From Octopus sinensis (lineage: Eukaryota): a DNA stretch of 9,560 nt. The notes under the pieces were generated by a model. It ran no database searches. It saw nothing but the letters and a program-made list of their open reading frames with translations, and was not told where the DNA came from. This document shows positions 1 to 6,650 of the stretch, piece after piece. Positions within the stretch are counted from its first letter, which is position 1; the number at the start of each line of letters is the position of its first letter. The position numbers were made by a program, and so were the translations under genes. The stretch covers positions 1 through 9,560 of the forward strand of contig NW_021827901.1 in the NCBI RefSeq assembly GCF_006345805.1, given 5' to 3'.

Positions 1-51
1 GTCGTTATTTTATCTAACCTAAGCCACGGTAACACAGTAATACCCGTACAG

Positions 52-87
52 TATATATATATATATATATATATATTATATTATATA
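52..87. repeat. (TA)n microsatellite
   Basis: Pure TA run 52-76, imperfect to about 87. Confidence 0.95.
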
Positions 88-323
88 AATCAACACGCAG
101 GCGTGCACACTGATGCAGACACACAAGACATACAAGCGCACACATGCACGCACTCATACATAATCATTGACATTACATAAGACTCACTCTAACATATCTA
201 CGAACGCACGCATTAGCACTGTAAATTATAAATCATCTCCATATATACATATATTAAACCATTTCCACACACATGTGCGCATACATGCATGCATGCACAC
301 ATCTCTGTCTGAACAACGGCCAA

Positions 324-348
324 ACACACACACACACACACACACACA
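324..348. repeat. (CA)n microsatellite
   Basis: Uninterrupted AC repeats. Confidence 0.95.
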
Positions 349-596
349 GACCTATTTCCTCTTGCTTTGCAACCTGAGACGATTAACCTCATTAGCGATT
401 TGGCGTAACCGCTACGTAGACGCTTATCTAACATAAAACACCTAAGCATAGAAATATATATATATATCATCAGCACGACAGTGTCATTGTCCCTTCATAG
501 CGATTAGACACCCACACATATTCGTATTTATATACATATCAGCACGATATAACATAATGATAGTTTCTCGTAGTCCGAGAAAGACGGTTCTTCAGT

Positions 597-807
597 TTCT
601 TATTTCTTTATTGCCCACAAGGGGCTAAACATAGAGGGGACAAACAAGGACAGACAAACGAATTAAGTCGATTATATCGACCCCAGTGCATAACTGTTAC
701 TTAATTTATCGACCCCGAAAGGATGAAAGGCAAAGTCGACCTTGGCGGAATTAGAACTCAGAGCGTAACGGCAGACGAAATACCGCTAAGCATTTCGCCC
801 AACGTGC
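597..807 (-). mobile_element. tRNA-derived SINE, copy 1 of tandem trimer (5'-truncated, lacks A box)
   Basis: Minus strand reads gcacgttgggcgaaatgcttagcggtatttcg...gagttctaattccgcc (B-box-like)...ctttcatcctttcggggtcgataaattaagt...gggcaataaagaaataagaa. Colinear with 808-990, 991-1218 and 3239-3363. Confidence 0.9.
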
Positions 808-990
808 TTTCTTTATTGCCCACAAGCGACTAAACACAGAAGGGATAAACAAGGATAGACAAAGGGATTAAGTCGATTACATCGACCCCAGTGCGTAACT
901 GGTACTTAATTTATCGACCCCGAAAGGATGAAAGGCAAAGTCGACCTCGACGGAATTTGAACTCACAACGTTTACGACACACGAAATACC
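808..990 (-). mobile_element. tRNA-derived SINE, copy 2 of tandem trimer (more deeply 5'-truncated)
   Basis: Same body as copies 1 and 3. Starts at ggtatttcg on the minus strand, keeps B box gagttcaaattcc, and abuts its neighbours with no spacer. Confidence 0.9.
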
Positions 991-1218
991 TATTTCTTTA
1001 CTACCCACAAGGGGCTAAACATAGAGAGGACAAACAAGGACAGACATAGGTATTAAGTCGATTACATCGACCCCAGTGCGTAACTGGTACTTAATTTATC
1101 GACCCCGAAAGGATGAAAGGCAAAGTCGACCTCGGCGGAATTTGAACTCGCAACGTAACGGCAGACGAAATACCGCTGAGCGTTTCGCCCGGCGAGCTAA
1201 CGCCTCTGCCAGTTCGCC
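991..1218 (-). mobile_element. tRNA-derived SINE, copy 3 of trimer (essentially full length)
   Basis: Minus strand begins ggcgaactggcagaggcgttagc (A-box-like), then B box gagttcaaattcc, central ctttcatcctttcggggtcgataaattaagtaccag, and tail gtgggtagtaaagaaata. Confidence 0.92.
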
Positions 1219-1230
1219 AGTAAAGAAATA

Positions 1231-1430
1231 AGAATCGTTATCACGTCAGAGAAAATGCTTAGTGATATTTCTCCCGTCGCTTTACGATCTGAGTTCAAAT
1301 CCCACCGCTTTCAACTTTGTCTTTTCCTTTGTCTTTTCCTCGCTTCGGTGTCGATAAAATACAGAACCAGTCAAGTATTGCTGTCAGTGTAATCGACTTA
1401 CTCTCTCCTTTCAAAATTTCTGGCCATGAA
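1231..1430 (+). mobile_element. Older, diverged member of the same SINE superfamily, head-to-head with the trimer
   Basis: gaatcgttatcacg...aaatgcttag...ctgagttcaaatcccacc (B box)...gtcgataaaata...accagt...tgtaatcgactta is colinear with the reverse complement of copy 3, but has many substitutions, a small internal duplication and a different tail. Confidence 0.8.
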
Positions 1431-1607
1431 CCCGGCAACGGTGGAGTTGTTGTCATCTCTGTCACTTATATGCCACGTAAACCGGGTAATTGGTTTTATG
1501 GGTCCTAGGGTTCTAGAAAAAATGTATGCATTATTGATTAATGAATTAAATGATTTAGATTGATTATATAGATTAGCATAGTATTTTGAGGAAATATATC
1601 GGAAAGC

Positions 1608-1627
1608 AAAAAAAAAAAAAAAAAAAA
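1608..1627. repeat. poly(A) run, 20 nt
   Basis: Directly visible. Confidence 0.95.
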
Positions 1628-1728
1628 TGAAAGAAAAACACCAAAAATCCGCCCCCAAAACCCAGAAACCAAATAAAAATCCAAAATTTTTTTCAGAAAA
1701 ATTTGAAGTAAAATTATATTTTCGAGGA

Positions 1729-1738
1729 TCTATCTATA

Positions 1739-1787
<49 letters not shown>

Positions 1788-1803
1788 GTCTATCTATCTT
1801 CTG

Positions 1804-1860
<57 letters not shown>

Positions 1861-1889
1861 GTCTATCTATCTGTCTATCTATCTGTCTG

Positions 1890-1962
<73 letters not shown>

Positions 1963-2083
1963 GTCTGTCTGTTTTATCTCTCTTCCTCTCTCTCTCTCCA
2001 TCTCACCCCTCTCTCTCACCCCTTCTCTCTGTTCCCCTCTCTCTCCCTCTCACCCCTCTCTCTCTCTTCCCCTCTCTCTCTCT
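1729..2083. repeat. (TCTA)n tetranucleotide microsatellite grading into a CT-rich tract
   Basis: TCTA/TCTG units from about 1729 to 1970, then a (CT)-rich polypyrimidine tract about 1977-2083. Source of the YLSI-repeat ORF 1627-2109. Confidence 0.95.
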
Positions 2084-2414
2084 TTATCTATTTTCGTAAA
2101 TTTTTATGAAGCCCAATTTCAATCATTTCCTGGCTGGCTTGGATGCTTCGCTTTCTGAGTAGAGCAACATTCCCAGACAAAGTGAAAATTTTTAGAACAA
2201 TTTACACCCCACCACCCCCACCCCACCCGGCCAATATAGTGAATTCATGCAAATGTATTTGTTTTAGGCGTTATTAATAAACCCAGAAAAAGACTAGAGG
2301 CTACTACTGCTGACATACATATAGAAAAAAAAAAACAGCCCCACAATTACATATACACACATATACATATATATACCAAACGTACGTGTATGCATGTATC
2401 TACGTAAATTTGCA

Positions 2415-2456
2415 TGTGTGTGTGTGAGTGTGTGTGTGTTTGTATGTATGTGTATG
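2415..2456. repeat. (TG)n / (TATG)n imperfect microsatellite
   Basis: Directly visible. Confidence 0.85.
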
Positions 2457-2621
2457 CGCGCAGAAAATCAGCAAAAAATATGGCGACAGATGGTACAACA
2501 ACCGGGTGTCATGTGATTTCATAGTCATTTAGTTAAAGTATTTCGTGAATGTTAAACTATGCGCAGTCCTTTATTCAGAAAAGATATCCGTTCAATTGCC
2601 GTGCAGTGAAAAGACACATAC

Positions 2622-2631
2622 ATGCATACGC

Positions 2632-2717
<86 letters not shown>

Positions 2718-2818
2718 GTGTGTACATAAATCTATGTATACATATCTGTGTGTGTTGTATATAAATATATTTATGTATGTATATATTTATGTATCCATGT
2801 ATGTATGTACATATATAT
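2622..2818. repeat. (TA)n core with degenerate TATG/TACA flanks
   Basis: Long pure TA run about 2640-2686 with decayed purine-pyrimidine alternation on both sides. Source of the IY-repeat ORFs. Confidence 0.92.
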
Positions 2819-2936
2819 GGAGAACAAAAAGTCATGTACTTTTGTACAGGTCAGTTGCCCAGCGGATGTGAAATCTCGTCGAATGTTCTGGAAATGTTGT
2901 TTAGTCCCGTCAGCCATTGTTAAATCGACAACATAC

Positions 2937-2966
2937 CTGCAACAAATTGACTTTCTCCATTTCCTT
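2937..2966 (-). CDS. Candidate 30-nt frame-preserving micro-exon of an unidentified host gene
   Basis: Minus strand: about 60-nt U-rich tract (tttttcattttttttacattttttctttttttttatcatcgtgcttttaatattcacccaacag), exon AAGGAAATGGAGAAAGTCAATTTGTTGCAG, then donor gtatgt. Open in all three frames (KEMEKVNLLQ / RKWRKSICC / GNGESQFVA). No homology evidence. Confidence 0.4.
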
Positions 2967-3155
2967 CTGTTGGGTGAATATTAAAAGCACGATGATAAAA
3001 AAAAAGAAAAAATGTAAAAAAAATGAAAAATTGCCCACGCAACTTTAAAACAAAATGGAACGCGACCATGATGATGTTCAGCTATCTGGGGACCCCAACT
3101 TTCCCCACCCTGACCCCTGCTATGGGCGCAGCTAGTTGTAGGATCTAATGTGATG

Positions 3156-3240
3156 TTTTAAGTTGTTCCAGCTATTGGATTGCGGCTTTGCTGGGGCATC
3201 GTATTGAAGTCTGTTTTGTTGAACAAATCGACGTCCAGTA
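3156..3240 (-). mobile_element. Highly diverged 3' tail fragment of the second SINE family
   Basis: ttttaagttgttccagctattggattgcggctttgctggggcatcg...gttgaacaaatcgacgtccag aligns with ttttacttgtttcagtcatttgactgtagccatgctggagcaccg...gtcgagcaaatcgaccccag at 3810-3888. Confidence 0.65.
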
Positions 3241-3363
3241 GCACGCCGGGCGAAATGCTTAGCAGCATTTCGTCTGTCTTTACGTTCTGAGTTCAAATTC
3301 CGCCGAGGTCGACTTTGCCTTTCGTACTTCCGGGGGTCGATAAATTAAGTACCAGTTGCGTAA
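3239..3363 (+). mobile_element. tRNA-derived SINE (same family as trimer), truncated at both ends
   Basis: tagcacgccgggcgaaatgcttagc...ctgagttcaaattccgccgaggtcgactttgcctttc...gggtcgataaattaagtaccagt. Roughly 85-88% identical by hand alignment to the reverse complement of about 1075-1199. Confidence 0.92.
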
Positions 3364-3411
3364 TGAGGTCTATCTAATTGACTGGCCCACTAAGCAAAAG
3401 CGCTAAAGATC

Positions 3412-3650
3412 AAAGTTTAGTCGTTGGGGTTTTGAATTCGGGATCGTAAGATGTTGGTTTCGATTCCTAGACCGGGCGATGCCTTGTGCTCTTGAGCAAA
3501 ATGCTTCCTTTTATGTTCCCCAATCCTCTCAGTTAGTAAAGATGAGTAATATAATACTGCTAGGGACTGGCGCCCCCTCCAGGAGAAGGAATAGATACAC
3601 CAGAATCCGGGAAATCGGCCTTATGAGCCTATCGTTCGGGAAGGGCCACT
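3412..3650 (+). mobile_element. Ancient tRNA-headed SINE with a CORE/V-domain-like body
   Basis: Degenerate A box (gtttagtcgttgg) and B box ggtttcgattcc (3456-3467). ttgtgctcttgagcaaaatgctt resembles the conserved gtgtccttgagcaagacactt motif. 3' part gggactggcgccccctccagg...ccgggaaatcggccttatgagcc resembles V-SINE-type tails (recalled consensus, not aligned). Confidence 0.6.
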
Positions 3651-3672
3651 AAAACCTTTTGATATGTATATA

Positions 3673-3796
3673 TACATACATACATACATACATACATACA
3701 TACATACATACATACATACATACACATACATACATACATACATACATACGTACATACATACATACATATACATACATACATACATACATATATATA
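3673..3796. repeat. (CATA)n microsatellite
   Basis: About 30 TACA units. Source of the YIHT and MYVC ORFs. Confidence 0.95.
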
Positions 3797-3933
3797 TACT
3801 CCTTTACTCTTTTACTTGTTTCAGTCATTTGACTGTAGCCATGCTGGAGCACCGCCTTTTTTTTAGTCGAGCAAATCGACCCCAGGACTTATTCTTTCTA
3901 AGCCTAGTACTTATTCCATCGGTTTCTTTTGCC
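3797..3933 (-). mobile_element. 3' part of a second, very common SINE family (tail ...aatgactgaaacaagtaaaagagtaaa)
   Basis: Minus strand: ggcaaaagaaaccgatggaataagtactaggcttagaaagaataagtcctggggtcgatttgctcgactaaa...ggcggtgctccagcatggctacagtcaaatgactgaaacaagtaaaagagtaaaggagta. Inverted copy at 6563-6648. Confidence 0.88.
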
Positions 3934-4048
3934 AGCGGGGTGGGATTTGAACTGTTGTCCTCGTTGAGAGAAAGAAAAAAAAAGTAAAAAAATTATAGGT
4001 TTCCCGCTTTCTGGGATTAAATTGTGTGTAAATTTATTTCGAAAGAAT

Positions 4049-5462
4049 ATGTCGGTCGAAATAATTTCAGAGAAGCATTCACTGGAACAGCCAGTTAAGA
4101 AATTTTCAGCAGTTACCGCAGTGGCTACTGAAAACGTTGAACTACCAAAGGAAAAGCTCTCCGAGTTTTTTGAAAAAATGAAAGAAGGGTGGGGTGATAT
4201 AAAAACATCACCCTCACCTAGTGTTGAAAAATTGAAAAGAAGGACAGTTGTTTTTAAAATATACTGTCCTTCAACAAAGAAATTTAAGCACTTTGAGCAG
4301 TGCAAAATTGAAAAATGTCTGGCTCCCCTATGAGAAGACATAAAGTATATAGCGAGGGGCCGGACTTACGGCACAGTAGAGGCCAGATTTGAAACAGAAG
4401 TAAAAGCCCAAAAGCACTCAGTGAGTCCCCTGAAAACAAAGGAGTTGGTACTTCTGCCAACCTACATGGGGAGACGAACTGCTCGAGTAAGAGTGACAGA
4501 AGTGCCACCTGAAGTTGATGTAAGGGAGGTGATGGCCGTCCTGTTGTATAACGGGACGGACAAAATCGCCTTCCTTCAGATCACACACTCTGTCCCACAA
4601 AACTGGCTCGGGCAAAGCATTTCTTCCATTATTCAGGGAACTCAGGAAGATATTGAAATAGTTCCAGAGAGGGTGCTCTTGGGTGAGGATATCGCCCTCA
4701 GAATACAAGTAGAGGACAAAAAGCCAACATGTTTACGATTGTGGAAAAAAAGCCACATCCGTATAGACTGTGAACTATGGAAAAGAAAAGTGGCGCAGAC
4801 ACCAGACCCCTTAATTACAAAAAAAGACCCCAAACCCGCACACACAAGCCCCACAGAAACAAAAATTTCTACTCCCCCATTTGTGGTGTCCGCCCCCAAA
4901 CACAACACCCCAAAACCCCAGCCCATGCATACACATGTCCAGATAATGTCAAAAAAACCCACCCCCACTAAAGTGGTATCAGAACATGTAACTCCCCCGG
5001 GCGACACAATGGGGGTGGTTGAGGGGGAGTTCACAGCAGTTCGGAAAGGAACACACGCACCTTCCCCATCCAGATCCCCCACAAAAGAAAACGAAAAAGG
5101 AAGCACTACAACACAAAAAAAGAAACGACCCTGCCCCATTGTTCCATAAGGAAAAAAGGGAAAAAACGAACGATGACAAACCGAAAACCCTTGTAAAATA
5201 TGACACCAGAGACAAATACATTGAGGGCATAGTAAAAGATCACCACACCACCACGCTGTTTCAACAGCACAAGGACTTAAGAGAAAGATGTGCCTGGATA
5301 GGGGAAGGGTTTTACAGGCAACCGAAGGACAGGTATCCAAAGACCATCAGGAGTATCCTGGACCTTTCAGGATATTTGAAGAAGGAGGAGGAGGAGGAGG
5401 AGGAAAGGGCTGCCTCATGTGTTGTGAGGTCAGCGCCAACATCACCAGTGAAGGGTAAGTAA
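4049..5462 (+). pseudogene. ORF1 (gag-like nucleic-acid chaperone with zinc knuckle), disrupted
   Basis: ATG at 4049. In-frame TGA at 4331-4333, after which the same frame continues (EDIKYIARGRTYGTVEARFETE...) into the 4421-5149 ORF. Masked CX2CX4HX4C at 4730-4771. One net frameshift near 5100-5170 leads to the C-terminal frame ending in TAA at 5460-5462. Confidence 0.75.
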
Positions 5463-5484
5463 AACCCTTGTTTTTTTCCTTGTT

Positions 5485-6550
5485 TTGGCTACACTTAATC
5501 TTGGGTGTTTGAATGTGCGTGGTCTGAGCTCGAAGTGGAAGCAAGCTTGTTTCCTCGACGACCTCAGATCACACGATATGCATGTGATGGTTGCTACAGA
5601 GACCAAGCTGGACTGTCTACAAGCCTTCTTGCCCCTCCTGAATGACTACGAGAAAATCATGTCTCCTAGCCAGATTAGATGGAGAGGGGGTGTAGTTGTA
5701 CTGGTCCGGAAAGGCTTGGCTCTGCGAACAAGTACAGTCTATGAAGACCCTGAAGGGGGGCTGGTCGTCTTTGATGTGACATACAGCAGTAAGGCCTTCA
5801 GATTGATCGGAATATATGCACCTTGTGCTAGAGGACTTCACACATATTTTTATCGGCGCCTAGAGAACTTTCTCGTGACGTCGAAGACGTTAGTCGTGTT
5901 AGGAGACTATAACGCTATTGTTGACGCACGCATCGATAGCGTTGGCTCGATCTAAGGTTTAAGTCTTTCTTAGGATAGTGATAAGAACTAGAGATAAGCC
6001 TAGTTTTAGCTGTCCACAGCTTGTCCAAGTAGCTTACACTGACCATAGAATGGTTAAGTGTAGACTGGACATAGATAGTACAGTTAAGAGAGGATCCGGC
6101 TACTGGAAGCTAAATAAGTCTATTTTGAATTGTGAGGCATACCATAGCCGGATTAAGGAATTAGCACAGAGGGCGTTAACCAGCGTGGGGGTTAATAACC
6201 GATGGTGGTTCGTCCTCAAGAAAGCTATTCGTTTTGAGTCTGTTAGGTTTAGCCATCAGCTAAGACTAGATAGGGCCAGAATAGAAAGGCAGCTAGTTAA
6301 AGACCTAGAGGAAGTGTTGAGATTGGGTTCTGCATTTCACATTTTGGCGGTGAGAACGGCCTTGGACCGTTACCTCAAAGCCAAACATGAAGGGTGCAGA
6401 ATTCGCGCTAAAGTGCGCGCATTGGGTCGTGAGGGAATTAATGTTGCCAGATGGGCCCGTACGGTAGAAACCCAGCGTGGCAATAATGTCACAATTAGGT
6501 CCCTCGTTGGTGACAATGGGTGTTCGGTCGATGGACAGGACGAGATGTGT
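5485..6550 (+). pseudogene. ORF2 N-terminal portion: APE endonuclease plus linker, with internal deletion and 3' truncation
   Basis: 5485-5955 gives ATLNLGCLNVRGL...VATETKL...GGVVVLVRK...IGIYAP...VLGDYNAIVDARID. After a frameshift and apparent deletion, 5972-6550 gives RIVIRTRDK...YTDHRMV...GSGYWKLNKSIL...TIRSL...GQDEMC, ending in a (TG)n run. Confidence 0.88.
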
Positions 6551-6562
6551 GTGTGTGTGGGG

Positions 6563-6648
6563 GGGGCGATTTGTTCGTCTAAAGGCAGTGCTCCAGCGTG
6601 GCCGCAGTCCAATGACTGAAACAAGTAAAAGAAAAAAGAAAGAAAAAA
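6563..6648 (+). mobile_element. 3' tail of the second SINE family, inverted relative to 3797-3933
   Basis: ggggcgatttgttcgtctaaaggcagtgctccagcgtggccgcagtccaatgactgaaacaagtaaaaga plus an A-rich tail. Confidence 0.88.
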
Positions 6649-6650
6649 TA

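Larger units (their letters stand above)
3953..6550 (+). mobile_element. Tx1/L1-clade non-LTR retrotransposon, 5' half only (5'UTR, ORF1, APE endonuclease and linker of ORF2; no RT), decayed
   Basis: Two-ORF layout. ORF1 has a CCHC knuckle remnant. ORF2 has the APE motifs GCLNVRGL, VATETK, IYAP, LGDYN and TDH, followed by GSGYWKLN, typical of L1/Tx1. The 5' boundary is approximate. Confidence 0.85.

Noticed and set aside
167-476. ORFs 167-436 (+) and 213-476 (-)
   Set aside because: They run through CA/TG and TA repeats (THTH, VCVC) with no recognisable domain.
466-500. CTGATGA on the minus strand as a hammerhead ribozyme core
   Set aside because: No downstream GAAA or stems I/III; it is followed only by a TA repeat.
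564-582. 7-bp hairpin tttctcg/cgagaaa
   Set aside because: Expected by chance in 9.5 kb; no supporting context.
597-1218. Regularly spaced direct repeats that might suggest a CRISPR array or satellite
   Set aside because: Units are about 200-nt SINE copies with Pol III boxes and no unique spacers, in a eukaryotic context.
2850-2973. Plus-strand exon alternative (tttgtacag|GTCAGT...TTGG|gtgaat, one open frame)
   Set aside because: Much shorter pyrimidine tract than the overlapping minus-strand candidate and a Cys/hydrophobic, non-protein-like peptide. Not excluded, but less supported.
1627-2984. ORFs 1627-2109, 2545-2871, 2549-2764, 2748-2984
   Set aside because: Translations of TCTA and TA microsatellites (YLSI, IY repeats), which lack stops in those frames.
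991-3470. A/B boxes as possible tRNA genes
   Set aside because: No complete cloverleaf or acceptor stem could be built; they are SINE heads.
3927-3945. Possible LTR primer-binding site
   Set aside because: Does not begin with TGG, and there is no adjacent LTR (TG...CA) or LTR-type pol.
3649-3987. ORFs 3649-3852 (-) and 3664-3987 (+)
   Set aside because: CATA array plus SINE tail; not coding.
3904-5544. Minus-strand ORFs 3904-4341, 4284-4508, 4418-4708, 4642-5340, 4979-5230, 5347-5544
   Set aside because: Antisense shadows of LINE ORF1/ORF2 with no independent motifs.
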